The notes: a model not told the origin generated them from the sequence alone. A stretch of DNA of 64,000 nucleotides from Candidatus Latescibacterota bacterium (GCA_965208105.1 OZ242318.1:2880001-2944000), one strand, 5' to 3'; shown: positions 20,429-31,221, counted from the first letter of the stretch. Program-made: numbers and translations.

Positions 20429-22990
20429 CTACTTGTTCTGCTTCTTTTTCTCGGTGTATTCCTGGCCGATATAGAGTGCCGGGCTGGCAATGAAGATGGA
20501 AGAATAGGTTCCGACCAGGATGCCGATGAGAAGGGTGATGGTGAAGTCGCGAATTACTTCACCCCCCCAGGTCATCAGAATAAGGACAGCCATCAGGGTA
20601 GTCATCGAGGTGACGAGGGTGCGGCTCAGACATTCATTGATGCTTATGTCCAAAATACCGGCAAAGGCGCCCTTGCGAACCGAATGCAGGTTTTCACGGA
20701 CCCGGTCGAATACGACGATCGTATCATTCAACGAATACCCTACGATCGCCAGCAGGCCTGCAACCACGGCCAGGGTAATCTCGACATTGAGAAGTGATAG
20801 CAACCCCATGGTGACGAGCACATCGTGAAAGAGGGCAATCACTGCGGCGATGCCGTAGAGGAATCGATGAAAACGCCAAGCCATATAGATCAAAATCAGA
20901 ACCAGAGCAACCAACACGGCATTCACCGCTGCTCCGCTCAGCTCGCTGCCGATCTTGGGTCCTACCTTCTCCTGGCGCCGAATCCACTCCAGTTCGTTGG
21001 GAATGTGGCTTCCAAATCCTGACTTGAGCACCTGTTTGATACCGTCAGCCACATCTGTCCCCGTTTCACTTTCGACAATGCGGATCAGGATGTCATTGGG
21101 GGACCCGAATTGCTTGATCTCACTGGAGCTGAGGTCCAGAACCTTGTCCTCGACGGGCACCGCATCCATCTTGGCGCGGATGTCCTTTACCTCTACCGCC
21201 GGTTCGAAATGCACCTCCAGCAAGGTGCCTCCGGCGAAATCGATGCCAAGAGGAATCCCATTGATTCCAACCACCGAAACCACCCCTACGCCCAGGACTA
21301 CGGCGGAGGTAGCAAAAGCGTGCTTGTAGCGCGAAAGAAATGGTATGCGCGAATTTGACAGCACTCGCACAGGACCCAGGCTCAGAGTCCGCACCCTGCT
21401 GCTCCTGGTAATCAGATCGAATACGGACCGGGTGACAAAGAAGGCGGTGAACAGACTGGAGATAATTCCAATACAAAGGGTCAAGGCGAAACCGCGTATG
21501 GGGCCCGTGCCGAACTGGTACAGCACGATCCCCACCATCAGGGTAGTAAGGTTGGCGTCGATGATTGCGGACAGAGCATTGCTGTAGCCGCTGTCAACGG
21601 CAGCCCGCAAGGTCTTTCCCGAGCGCAACTCTTCACGGATGCGCTCGAAGATCAGCACATTGGCGTCCACGGCCATGCCGATGGTCAGAATGATGCCAGC
21701 TATGCCCGGAAGAGTCAGGGTTGCGTGAAAACCGGAAAGCACGGCCATCACAAAGACAATATTGAGCCCGAGAGCAAGGTCGGCAATCAATCCCGCCGCC
21801 CGGTAGTAGAGAATCATGAAAAGCGCCACTACGACAGTACAGTAGAGGGCGGCAACCCGGCCCTGCTCGATGGAATCGCGACCCAGGGAAGGACCTACCG
21901 TGCGGTCTTCGATGATCTCCACTCTGGCCGGCAGCGCACCGGCGCGCAGCACAATGGCCAGATCCTTTGCCTCTGCCTCGTCGGCGCTCCCGGTAATGAT
22001 GGCGCGGCCATAGGGGATCCTGGTCTGGATTTCTGGAGCAGAGTAGACCGCCCCATCGAGGACGACGGCCAGACGCTCGCCCACGTGGGCCCCGGTCGTG
22101 CGCGCGAAAATCCGCGTGCCCTCGTCGGTGGTAGTGAGGTTGACGATAGGCTGCCCCAGGTTTTCGACGCTTTGTCCAAATGAGACAAAGGCGTCCTCGA
22201 CGGCGTTACCGGTCATTTCCGGTCTTTGGCGGACAAGGTAAAGAAGATAGTACTGGTTGCCCTGGGGCCCTTGGGGTTTACTGCTGAATACAAACTCCAT
22301 GTCGCCCGGCACCGCGTCCAGGACGCCGGGATCCTGCAGCATGGCTCTAACCCTGCTCAGGTTCTTTACCGAAAAGGCAAGATCATCCCCTACCGGAGCC
22401 AACAGGGCTGAAAGGGTCCTGGCCCTGGCTGACTCATCTTCTTCCGCCCCTTCAAAGAGACCCTTTTCCCCTTGTTCTCCTTCTTCGAGGTCTTCCCCGG
22501 AGTCTTTTTCCTTGTCCAGAATCGCGTCGATTCGCTGGATGATGCGGTCGCGCTCCACATAGGGTTCGAGAAGCTGGAACTCGAGGAGGGCGGTCTGGCC
22601 TACAAGACCCTTGGCGCGCTGCACGTCCTGGACGCCTGGCAGCTCCACAACGATGCGGTTGGCCCCCTGGCGCTGGATGGTAGGCTCGGCCACCCCGAAC
22701 TGATCGATGCGATTCCGGATGACCTCTTGTGCCCGGTCCACGGCATCCCTGGCTTCCTCATCCGGCAATTCAGTAAGATCGACCTCCAGAACCAGATGAA
22801 TCCCGCCCTGAAGATCCAATCCCAGGTTGATCGATCGCCGGTGCAAATCTTCCAGTCGTTCCGGTGCGTTTTGCTCCATGGCCGCCTTGTCCTCAACGGA
22901 GAGACCATAGAACGCGATGCTGGGGTACAGGTAGTAAACAGCGACCGCAATCAGCGCCAGAATGAGCAGCGGTTTCCAATTCCTTTTCAT
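20429..22990 (-). CDS. secDF: Fused protein translocase subunit SecDF
   Basis: LGLDLQGG, RIDQFGVAEP, VGPSLG, GMAVDANVLIFERIRE, GIDFAGG, GYSLNDTIVVFDRVRE. Confidence 0.95.
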   Translation of the reverse strand: MKRNWKPLLILALIAVAVYYLYPSIAFYGLSVEDKAAMEQNAPERLEDLHRRSINLGLDLQGGIHLVLEVDLTELPDEEARDAVDRAQEVIRNRIDQFGVAEPTIQRQGANRIVVELPGVQDVQRAKGLVGQTALLEFQLLEPYVERDRIIQRIDAILDKEKDSGEDLEEGEQGEKGLFEGAEEDESARARTLSALLAPVGDDLAFSVKNLSRVRAMLQDPGVLDAVPGDMEFVFSSKPQGPQGNQYYLLYLVRQRPEMTGNAVEDAFVSFGQSVENLGQPIVNLTTTDEGTRIFARTTGAHVGERLAVVLDGAVYSAPEIQTRIPYGRAIITGSADEAEAKDLAIVLRAGALPARVEIIEDRTVGPSLGRDSIEQGRVAALYCTVVVALFMILYYRAAGLIADLALGLNIVFVMAVLSGFHATLTLPGIAGIILTIGMAVDANVLIFERIREELRSGKTLRAAVDSGYSNALSAIIDANLTTLMVGIVLYQFGTGPIRGFALTLCIGIISSLFTAFFVTRSVFDLITRSSRVRTLSLGPVRVLSNSRIPFLSRYKHAFATSAVVLGVGVVSVVGINGIPLGIDFAGGTLLEVHFEPAVEVKDIRAKMDAVPVEDKVLDLSSSEIKQFGSPNDILIRIVESETGTDVADGIKQVLKSGFGSHIPNELEWIRRQEKVGPKIGSELSGAAVNAVLVALVLILIYMAWRFHRFLYGIAAVIALFHDVLVTMGLLSLLNVEITLAVVAGLLAIVGYSLNDTIVVFDRVRENLHSVRKGAFAGILDISINECLSRTLVTSMTTLMAVLILMTWGGEVIRDFTITLLIGILVGTYSSIFIASPALYIGQEYTEKKKQNK

Positions 22991-23152
22991 TTGACCTGCC
23001 TTAATCGAGACTTGGATGCTGACATGGCTGCGATTTCAGCTGCGAGGCTGCAACTGCTCCGGGAGAAGCACCGCAACCCCTCATGCCGCAATTGATATGG
23101 CATCCTGTTTATGTCCGTCGTGAAATTGATCCGCTAAAGTGCGCAATTAAAG

Positions 23153-24160
23153 TCACTCCTTCACAAAGCGAATTCGATTTTGTACTCCGCTCGAGGTTCG
23201 GTACTCGGTATTTCCCTCGCGGTCAAAAAATATCAAGGCCTCGGCCTGGGGCAATGACTCGATCCATTTGATACCCTGGTCCGGCCCCAATATAAAAAGC
23301 GCTGTCGAAAGAATGTCCGCATCCAGGGCGGTTGAAGCCCACGCCGTTGCACTGATTGCCCTTCGCGATGGATAGCCCGTGGCCGGATCGAGAATGTGAT
23401 GAAACCGCCTGCCTTCGAATTCTATGAACTGTTCATAATCTCCTGAGGTCGCCACGGCGTTCAACCCCAGGTCTTCAACCGCGATGAATTGCTCCGGATC
23501 CCGGGGATGCTGCACCCCGAATCGCCAGGGCCGTCCGTCAGGTTTTCGACCCCAGTAGCGAATGTCTCCTCCTGCTTCGACCATGCCACCGGAAATTCCG
23601 GCTGCCAGAAGCGATTCAACGGCCTGGTCCACCGCATAGCCCTTGGCTGCTGCCCCCAGGTCCAGGCGAACGCCATCGAGGACCAGCCTCACCTGCCTGC
23701 CCCTCACCTGCAGGTTATCGAAGCCTACAAGAGTTAGAGCCGAATCAATCTGCTCGGCAGAAGGAGGGGCCCGGAGATTGGGAAAATCCCACAACCGCGT
23801 AAGAGCACCGACCGTTACGTCAAAAGCACCGGCGGAACTTCGGGCGAAATGCTGCGACCGCTGAAGCACCTGGGCAAGTTCCGGCGAGCAGGTCGCCTCC
23901 TCGTCTGCGCTCAGACTCTCGATCAGATTCAACTCGCTAGCCTGGGAATAACGACTCATTAACGAGTCAATGCGGTCGATCCGGTCGAAAGCCAGGCGAA
24001 CCAGGGAGTCGACTTTCTCTTCTTCCGTGTAGAGCTTGAATGTTACCAAGGTGCCCATTGCAAAATGGGCATGCTCGCTGGGGACTGCGTCCTCTTCCGG
24101 GCGCAGGAAGAACAAAATCGACAGGAGAGCCACTGCACCAAGGATTATCCGGACCTTCAT
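23153..24160 (-). CDS. apbE: FAD:protein FMN transferase
   Basis: AMGT, GAFDVTVG, LDLGAAAKGY, GGD, VATSGDYE, HHILDP.TG. Confidence 0.92.
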   Translation of the reverse strand: MKVRIILGAVALLSILFFLRPEEDAVPSEHAHFAMGTLVTFKLYTEEEKVDSLVRLAFDRIDRIDSLMSRYSQASELNLIESLSADEEATCSPELAQVLQRSQHFARSSAGAFDVTVGALTRLWDFPNLRAPPSAEQIDSALTLVGFDNLQVRGRQVRLVLDGVRLDLGAAAKGYAVDQAVESLLAAGISGGMVEAGGDIRYWGRKPDGRPWRFGVQHPRDPEQFIAVEDLGLNAVATSGDYEQFIEFEGRRFHHILDPATGYPSRRAISATAWASTALDADILSTALFILGPDQGIKWIESLPQAEALIFFDREGNTEYRTSSGVQNRIRFVKE

Positions 24161-24167
24161 CCCCCAG

Positions 24168-25136
24168 TCAATTTTCCCGCTCCACCACCAACCGTACGGC
24201 CATTTCCAGGACTTCTCGAGCTTGTGAAGGCGCCAGGACTTGCAGGCATTTCAGGGCGCGCTCGCCGCAGTTCCGCGCGGTATCGCGGGCGAAGTGCACA
24301 CCATTAAAGGTCTCGACGAATGCGACGATTCTCTCCCAATCTTTTTCGCTTTTCTCTTTTTGCCGCAGCAGAACCTGCATGGCGGCGCGTTCGTCCTTCG
24401 AGGCCATGGTCAGGGCTCGAATCAATGGCAATGTAATCTTGCCATCGCGCAGATCGTGGCCTACCGGTTTGCCCAGGACGGAAACATCGCCGGTAAAGTC
24501 GAGGATGTCGTCGGCAATTTGAAAAGCCAGTCCCAACGATTCTCCGTACTTCCCCATGGCATCGACGATTTCAGGGGAAGCCCCTGTCAGAATGGGACCG
24601 AGCTTGCACGAAGCCCCGATCAGCGAGGCCGTCTTGTCGGCAACCATGGAAAAATAAGAGGCCTCCCGGGTATCGGCCTGCTGCCCTATGTGAATCTCCA
24701 ATATCTCTCCCTGGCTCAGGCGTTCGGTTGCCCGCGCCACGGTTTGCAGGGCTCCGAGGTTTCCCAGGCTGACCAGGATGCACAATGCCCTCGCGAGCAG
24801 GAAATCTCCCATGAGCACTGCTACCTGCCCACTCCAAACAGAATTAACGGAAGCCCGGCCACGCCTCATGGCCGCAGAGTCAACCACGTCATCGTGGATC
24901 ATCGTGGCTGCGTGAATCATTTCAATCGCTACGGCCGCGTCGATAATGCGTTCGTCCCACGCCTTTGTAGCCTTGGCACTAAGCAGCACGAGCGCCGGCC
25001 TGAGACGCTTCCCCTTCAGGGTAGCCATATAGCGTGCGACTTCGTGCGCCAATTCTACGTCGGACTGAAGAGCGGCATCCAGACCTTCTTCGACGCGTTC
25101 CATTTCATTTTGAATCGGGGATAGAAATGGATCCAT
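24168..25136 (-). CDS. Polyprenyl diphosphate synthase (IspB/HepT-like)
   Basis: GKRLRP, HDDVVD...RRG, DKTA, FQIADDILD, GK..G.DL..GK.TLP. Confidence 0.92.
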   Translation of the reverse strand: MDPFLSPIQNEMERVEEGLDAALQSDVELAHEVARYMATLKGKRLRPALVLLSAKATKAWDERIIDAAVAIEMIHAATMIHDDVVDSAAMRRGRASVNSVWSGQVAVLMGDFLLARALCILVSLGNLGALQTVARATERLSQGEILEIHIGQQADTREASYFSMVADKTASLIGASCKLGPILTGASPEIVDAMGKYGESLGLAFQIADDILDFTGDVSVLGKPVGHDLRDGKITLPLIRALTMASKDERAAMQVLLRQKEKSEKDWERIVAFVETFNGVHFARDTARNCGERALKCLQVLAPSQAREVLEMAVRLVVEREN

Positions 25137-25287
25137 GGGAGGCTGGCTATGGATGAATCAGGGTTTCCTGAAGGGGGCTTAACTACCAGAATTTACGAAA
25201 AATTAAGTAATAGAACAGGGCCTGTCAAACTCGCTCCGGAGACACTCGCGCTCTCGTCCAAAAATGGAATTTCGACTCCTGATCCTT

Positions 25288-26439
25288 CTAAATTTTCGAG
25301 GGGTTGAAAATCCGCTTCGGATCGAAGGCTTCCTTGAGGATTCGATTCATTCGCGCTTCCCCGGCCGACAAAGGCGTAAATGCGGCATCGTTGCAATCTT
25401 GTTCGTCGCTGGCAAAGCGCCAGGCGACGCCGCCGTGGCGGATAGCGTTCTGGTGCAGGAGGGACGCTTCTACGTCTTGTGGCATGAGGACGAAGAGCAA
25501 CCCACCTCCCCAGTCGAATCCAAATCGCCGGGCACCGTGGAGCCGAAGGATATCAAGGAGCCCTGCCGCCTTGGAAGGCGGCAGGGAGAATCGCCACAGC
25601 TGCTCGTTCCCGGTCGGCCGAAAGAACTCCAGCTCCCTCAGTTTCTTCCAGTATTCCATGGATTCACCTTCCTCGAGGATCAGCATTTCCCTTTCGATGC
25701 TCCCGCCTAGCTTTTTCAATTGGAGGACAAGGGATGGGGCCGATCCTTCGAGGCGGGCAAAAGTCTGCGCTGGTTGTCCATCGCATTTGGGTAGATAGGA
25801 CAAGCCTGTTATTTCACATGGGCTTGCGGCAAATTCTAGCATCGACTCAAGTGCTGCAGCCGGATCTTGATCGTAGACGACAAGGGTCTTCTGAGTTTCG
25901 GACCGGGGCCAGACTCTGAGGCAAATTTCGGTCATGATCCCCAGGGTTCCAAAAGACCCGCTGATGATCTTGGAAAGATCGTATCCGGTAACATTCTTTA
26001 CCACCTTGCCCCCGGACCGCACGCGCTCTCCGTGCCCATTGACCAATTCTACTCCCAGGAGATGATCGCGAAGAGCTCCTGCCTTGAATCGACGCGGCCC
26101 GGAGAGGTTGCATGCCACCGTTCCACCCACGGTCGCGTCCGGACCCCAGTGCGGAGGCTCGAAAGCCAATTGTTGGTTCTCATGGTCGAGAAGTTGCTCA
26201 ACGGCACTCAAACGCATACCCGGCTGCACTACCATGACCAATTCGCCAGGCTCGTAGCTGACGAGTTCGTTCAGTCCGGACATATCCACCTTGGATGGCC
26301 CGTCTATTCGCCGCCCAAGCCGGGATTTGGAGTTTCCGCCAAAAATGTGCAGGAATGAATTGTTTGAAAGGGATTGCCGGACCAGATCCTGAACAGCATC
26401 TGCACTACTAGGGCGCTGGAAATGAATTGGAGACTTCAT
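25288..26439 (-). CDS. glcE: Glycolate oxidase FAD-binding subunit GlcE-like
   Basis: YEPGEL, LAFEPP, SGPRR..AG..RD, GGKVVKNVTGYDL, FDPKRIFNP. Confidence 0.85.
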   Translation of the reverse strand: MKSPIHFQRPSSADAVQDLVRQSLSNNSFLHIFGGNSKSRLGRRIDGPSKVDMSGLNELVSYEPGELVMVVQPGMRLSAVEQLLDHENQQLAFEPPHWGPDATVGGTVACNLSGPRRFKAGALRDHLLGVELVNGHGERVRSGGKVVKNVTGYDLSKIISGSFGTLGIMTEICLRVWPRSETQKTLVVYDQDPAAALESMLEFAASPCEITGLSYLPKCDGQPAQTFARLEGSAPSLVLQLKKLGGSIEREMLILEEGESMEYWKKLRELEFFRPTGNEQLWRFSLPPSKAAGLLDILRLHGARRFGFDWGGGLLFVLMPQDVEASLLHQNAIRHGGVAWRFASDEQDCNDAAFTPLSAGEARMNRILKEAFDPKRIFNPSKI

Positions 26440-26453
26440 GGGAGTGACTGCTG

Positions 26454-26615
26454 GTGTCCCGTCGCAGAAATAGGTTGACGCAATTGGGCCGCCGAGGCGC
26501 CAGGCTCACAAGGCGCCTGAGCGAGTCGTACCAGTGGTGTACGGCGAGTGAAGGCAACGCCGTGAGCCGGGATGGATCGGCGGAATAATGGCAACATATT
26601 TCTGCGACGGGACAC
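26454..26615. repeat. MITE-like repeat, copy 2 (162 bp) between glcD and glcE
   Basis: Same terminal IRs; its terminal base supplies the G of the glcD TAG stop. Confidence 0.9.
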
Positions 26616-28102
26616 TAAAACCGTTCTAATTCGGCAAAGCGCAACTCCCCCTTGTGAACGTGCATGCGTCCACCTTCGGCACATCGGCGCAGAACGGGAA
26701 ATACCTTCCCTGGATTGAGCAGATGGTGAGAGTCGAATCCCGACTTTATGCGCTCCTGAGTGTCCAGGTCGGCGTCGGTGAACATGCAGGGCATGAGGTC
26801 CCGTTTCTCTATGCCAATGCCGTGTTCTCCGCTCAGGACTCCACCTACCCGAACGCAGAGCCTGAGGATTTCGGCGCCCAATTCCTCGGCTCTTTCCAGT
26901 TCTCCGGAGGCACCGCTGTCATAGAGCACCAGGGGATGCAGATTTCCATCGCCAGCGTGGAAAACATTGGCCACTCGCAGTCCGTACTCTTCGGAGAGTT
27001 CCTGGATGCGGCGCAGTACTTCCGGCAACCTGCCGCGGGGAATGGTGCCGTCCATGCAGTAGTAGTCCGGACTGACCCTGCCCATGGCCGGGAATGCTGC
27101 CTTGCGTCCTGCCCACAGCTTCAGCCGCTCTGCCTCGTTCCGCGCTTTGCGCAGTTCCGTGGCGCCATTTTGCTGCAGCAAATCTTCCAGGAGACCGACC
27201 TGGTGTTCTACCTCACTGGCCGGTCCGTCCAACTCGACCAGAAGCAGAGCCTCTGCTCCACGCGGATAGCCCGCTCCCACAAAATCCTCCACCGCTTCGA
27301 TTGACAGGCGGTCCATGATCTCCATTCCCGCCGGGACCATTCCCGCGGCGATAATTTCCGCTACCGCCTGGCCGGCTGTTTCCACGCGGTCGAAGACAGC
27401 CATTATCGCACGTGCCAGTTCGGGCTTTGGCAAAATTCGCAGGGTGGCCTCTGTAATTATTCCCAAGAGGCCCTCCGAACCCGTCAACAGGCCCAGCAGA
27501 TCGTACCCGGCGCAGTCCATGCCCTGGCCGCCTATGCGAACTGCTTCGCCGTCGGCGACCACGACCTCCAATCCCAGGACATTATTGGTGGTAGTCCCGT
27601 ACTTCAGGCAGTGTACTCCACCAGAATTTTCGGCGATATTTCCGCCTATGGTACAAGCCAGTTGACTCGAGGGATCGGGCGCATAGTAGAAACCGAAATC
27701 GGCCACGGCATGAGTGACGCCCAAATTGGTGACACCTGGCTGAACCGTTGCGGTACGGTTCCTGCGATCGATGTCGAGGATTCGGTTCATCCTCGCCAGG
27801 CTGATGACTATCCCGTCCTCAAGCGGCAGCGCACCTCCCGACAGCCCCGTCCCCGCACCCCATGGAACGATCGGTATGCCCGTATCGCTGCAAGTACGCA
27901 GGACAGCGGAGACATCCTCGGTACAAGCAGGCAGGACCACTGCCATGGGGCACTGTCGATATACCGAAAGAGCATCGCACTCATACACCACCAGGTCCTC
28001 CGGGCGATGGATTACCTGATCCGGAGGCAGGACCTCTTGCAGGCGATTGATAACTTCCCCACGCCGTTGCAGGCGCTCGATCCTGGGCTGGGGCAGCTGC
28101 AT
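26615..28102 (-). CDS. glcD: Glycolate oxidase subunit GlcD
   Basis: GAGTGLSGG, YYAPDPSSQ.ACTIGGN, ENSGGVHCLKYG, FHAGDGNLHP, GEHGIG.EK. Confidence 0.92.
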   Translation of the reverse strand: MQLPQPRIERLQRRGEVINRLQEVLPPDQVIHRPEDLVVYECDALSVYRQCPMAVVLPACTEDVSAVLRTCSDTGIPIVPWGAGTGLSGGALPLEDGIVISLARMNRILDIDRRNRTATVQPGVTNLGVTHAVADFGFYYAPDPSSQLACTIGGNIAENSGGVHCLKYGTTTNNVLGLEVVVADGEAVRIGGQGMDCAGYDLLGLLTGSEGLLGIITEATLRILPKPELARAIMAVFDRVETAGQAVAEIIAAGMVPAGMEIMDRLSIEAVEDFVGAGYPRGAEALLLVELDGPASEVEHQVGLLEDLLQQNGATELRKARNEAERLKLWAGRKAAFPAMGRVSPDYYCMDGTIPRGRLPEVLRRIQELSEEYGLRVANVFHAGDGNLHPLVLYDSGASGELERAEELGAEILRLCVRVGGVLSGEHGIGIEKRDLMPCMFTDADLDTQERIKSGFDSHHLLNPGKVFPVLRRCAEGGRMHVHKGELRFAELERF

Positions 28103-28316
28103 GAAGCAATTTCCTCAAAGATTACGGCCAAATGAGGCGCGGGAAATCAGGCTCGTAAAGCCAAATTACCGAACGGGACAAATCGTGCAAAATTTGCAAC
28201 TCCATTTGCCCTTGAAATTGCAGGGGCTTAGATTAAAAATGAGATCTCCAATATAATGAATTTCTGCTAGGACGCGCTCCGAAAATGTTGAGGAGCCAAC
28301 CACGAGGAGGTAGTGG

Positions 28317-30611
28317 GTGGATTTGGTAGAGCCCATTCCAGAAGAATTGGTGCCTTATCTTCGCGAGGTTCTCCACGACGAACTCCTGCTCGTTCTCCTA
28401 GCCACGGACCTGTGCCCCGACGGCACTTATGGGAATTCCTGGTTTGCCCTTACGGATGAACGCCTCATAGTCATTCAACCGGACGGAACGGATAAGCCGA
28501 ACACTGATGTAGTCCTCTTGCGCGACATCCAGCGGATCCAGACAAAGAACTACGTGGGCAGCGGCGCCCTGGTCATCGATCTGGCGGACGAGACCGTCGA
28601 GCTGCTGCGCTTCTCTCAAAGTGCATTCTACAAATTTTCTGCCGTACCCCACATCGTCGAGGCCGCCTCGCTAGGTCTGGTGCCCGAGGTAGAGAAAGAT
28701 GAAGAAGACTTTGTGGCGACCCCCTCCGTCCAGCCGGTCGAGACATGCCCCAGTTGCGGGCGCGCCTTCAAACCCGGCACCAGGGTCTGCGCCCACTGCA
28801 TCCGCAAGACAGAAACCTTCTGGCGTCTCTTCTCATATGTCAAACCCTACAAGTGGATCGCCTTGTCCGGGTTGCTGCTGACCCTGGGATTCACCGCGAT
28901 CAACCTCCTTCCACCCTTGCTGAACAAGATCCTCATCGACGATGTGATCACGCCAGTGATCGCCGGATATGGCGAGATGGGGGAGAATGAACTGGATGCA
29001 GCTGCTCCACAACAGGATGTCGTGAACCTGCTGTTCTGGGTTGTCCTGGGTCTTATCGGCGTGTACGTAGGGCGGGCACTCATCAATGGAGTGAGGACAT
29101 ACTGCCTGGGCTGGCTGGGGCAGCACGTGGTCTACGATCTGCAGACCGAAATCTTCAGCCACCTGCAATTCCTGTCTCTGAGCTTTTACAACCAGTACAG
29201 CACGGGCCGTATCATGACCAGGGTAACCAGTGATACCGAGCGCATGCGGGGATTCATTACCACCGGGTTTCAGGATATGGTCGTGGCGATATTGACCCTG
29301 GTCGGGATCGGAGTAGCGCTCTTCGCGATGAACTGGTACCTGGCCATCCTGGCCTTGATTCCCATGCCGCTCATGGTTATCGGAACCCTTGTCTACACCC
29401 GGCGTATTCACTGGGTCTTCCATGGCATCTGGCGGCGCATCTCCGTTCTCAATGCCATGCTGGCCGATACCATTCCCGGCGTCAAGGTGGTCAAGGCCTT
29501 TGCTCAAGAGGGCAGAGAAAATCGCCGGTTCGACACCCGCAATTCCGACCTGCGCAGGAGCCAGATGCAAGCGATCAAAATGCGCGCCTATTTTTTGCCG
29601 AGCATCGCCTTCACTACCTCCGTCGGCTCCATCATCATCTGGTGGTTCGGCGGCAACCGGGTGCTCGGAGGGACCTTGTCGCTGGGGCAGCTGCAGGCCT
29701 TCATCAGCTACATGATGATGTTCTACCAGCCTGTACGCGAGCTGTGCATGCTGTCGGAACAGCTGGAGAGCGCCGCCACCACCGCAGAGAGGGTTTTCGA
29801 GATTCTGGACACGGAACCCGAAGTTGCCGATGCAGAGGACGCCGTCGACCCGGGCACGTTGATGGGAGCAGTGGAGTTTCAAGACGTCAGCTTCACCTAC
29901 GATGGTTTTACACGCATCCTCGACCGCATCAACTTTTCAGTGGAACCGGGAGAAATGGTCGGAATCGTCGGCCCAAGTGGATCCGGAAAGTCCACCTTGG
30001 TCAATCTGATATCGCGGTTTTACGACGCCACGGACGGAGAAATTCGGATCGATGGCAAGCCCATCCGAAGTATGCAGCAAAAGAAGCTGCGTGCGCAGAT
30101 GGGCGTGGTACTGCAAGAACCTCTTCTGTTCCAGGGCAGCATTGCCGAAAACATCGCATACGGTTCCCCTGACGCGACCCGGGAGGAAACCATCGATGCC
30201 GCCCGGGCAGCGAATGCCCACAAATTCATCATGAACTTCCCTGACGGATACGACACCGAAGTCGGGGAGCGCGGTGCCCGCCTCTCCGGCGGCGAACGGC
30301 AGCGCATCTCCATAGCCCGCGCCTTGATCGGCGACCCGCGAGTCCTCATCCTCGACGAAGCCACCAGCGCCGTGGACACTCAGACCGAATTCGAGATCCA
30401 GGAAGCACTTGACCGTCTCACCGCCGGCCGTACCACATTCGCCATTGCCCACCGCCTTTCTACCTTGAAAAACGCCGATCGTCTCCTGGTCCTCGAGAGA
30501 GGCCAGATCGCAGAAGTGGGCACCCATGAAGACCTCCTTGCCAGGGAGGATGGAGTATACCGCCGCCTGGTGGACATGCAGACCGAATTGGCAAAGGTGA
30601 AGGCTCTTTAG
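28317..30611 (+). CDS. ABC exporter (fused permease/ATPase) with N-terminal extension and Zn ribbon
   Basis: CPSC..CAHC, six TM segments, GPSGSGKST, LSGGERQR, LILDEATS. Confidence 0.9.
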   Translation: MDLVEPIPEELVPYLREVLHDELLLVLLATDLCPDGTYGNSWFALTDERLIVIQPDGTDKPNTDVVLLRDIQRIQTKNYVGSGALVIDLADETVELLRFSQSAFYKFSAVPHIVEAASLGLVPEVEKDEEDFVATPSVQPVETCPSCGRAFKPGTRVCAHCIRKTETFWRLFSYVKPYKWIALSGLLLTLGFTAINLLPPLLNKILIDDVITPVIAGYGEMGENELDAAAPQQDVVNLLFWVVLGLIGVYVGRALINGVRTYCLGWLGQHVVYDLQTEIFSHLQFLSLSFYNQYSTGRIMTRVTSDTERMRGFITTGFQDMVVAILTLVGIGVALFAMNWYLAILALIPMPLMVIGTLVYTRRIHWVFHGIWRRISVLNAMLADTIPGVKVVKAFAQEGRENRRFDTRNSDLRRSQMQAIKMRAYFLPSIAFTTSVGSIIIWWFGGNRVLGGTLSLGQLQAFISYMMMFYQPVRELCMLSEQLESAATTAERVFEILDTEPEVADAEDAVDPGTLMGAVEFQDVSFTYDGFTRILDRINFSVEPGEMVGIVGPSGSGKSTLVNLISRFYDATDGEIRIDGKPIRSMQQKKLRAQMGVVLQEPLLFQGSIAENIAYGSPDATREETIDAARAANAHKFIMNFPDGYDTEVGERGARLSGGERQRISIARALIGDPRVLILDEATSAVDTQTEFEIQEALDRLTAGRTTFAIAHRLSTLKNADRLLVLERGQIAEVGTHEDLLAREDGVYRRLVDMQTELAKVKAL

Positions 30612-30616
30612 GACTT

Positions 30617-31114
30617 ATGGTCCAGGGACTCGACTACGAAAACGCCTTGCTGGACCCGGGCGAACTTCGATTCTATCGATCGGATAGAGGAAGTCTGGTG
30701 ATGTGCGTGGGGGAAGAGAAATACAGGGATCTCAACATTCGCCGCGCCTTTCCGTTAGAAGAAACCAACCGGTTCATCGGCTTTTTCCTGGCGGACGGCA
30801 CTGAACTGGGCCTGCTCGAAGACATCGAGTCGCTCGATGCCGGCAGCCGCATTATCCTGGAAAATGAATTGGAAAAGATTTACTTCCGCCCGGTCATCCT
30901 CCGCATTCACAGCATCGGCGAAGAATTCGGCGTGGTTTACATGGACACCGAAACCAGCAGTGGACCACGCCACATAGAAATTCGCCAGATTCGCAACAAG
31001 ATTCGCCTCCTCTCCAGCTACCGAGCCCTCATCGAGGATGTGGATGGGAACCGCTACGAACTCAGGGACTGGAATAGGCTGCCGAGAATGACTCGAGCGA
31101 TCTTGAGCTTGTGA
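30617..31114 (+). CDS. DUF1854-like protein
   Basis: RRAFP, IYF.P.I.RI, IEDVDGNRY; directly downstream of this exporter type. Confidence 0.75.
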   Translation: MVQGLDYENALLDPGELRFYRSDRGSLVMCVGEEKYRDLNIRRAFPLEETNRFIGFFLADGTELGLLEDIESLDAGSRIILENELEKIYFRPVILRIHSIGEEFGVVYMDTETSSGPRHIEIRQIRNKIRLLSSYRALIEDVDGNRYELRDWNRLPRMTRAILSL

Positions 31115-31221
31115 ATCGCTGCCTGCTCCGGAAGCTATTCAGCAGCCGGCAATCTGTGCATGGCCATTGCCCGGTTCCAGGTCCGACCTCCTGATGACAT
31201 GGCCCCTCGAGCTTGCCGATC

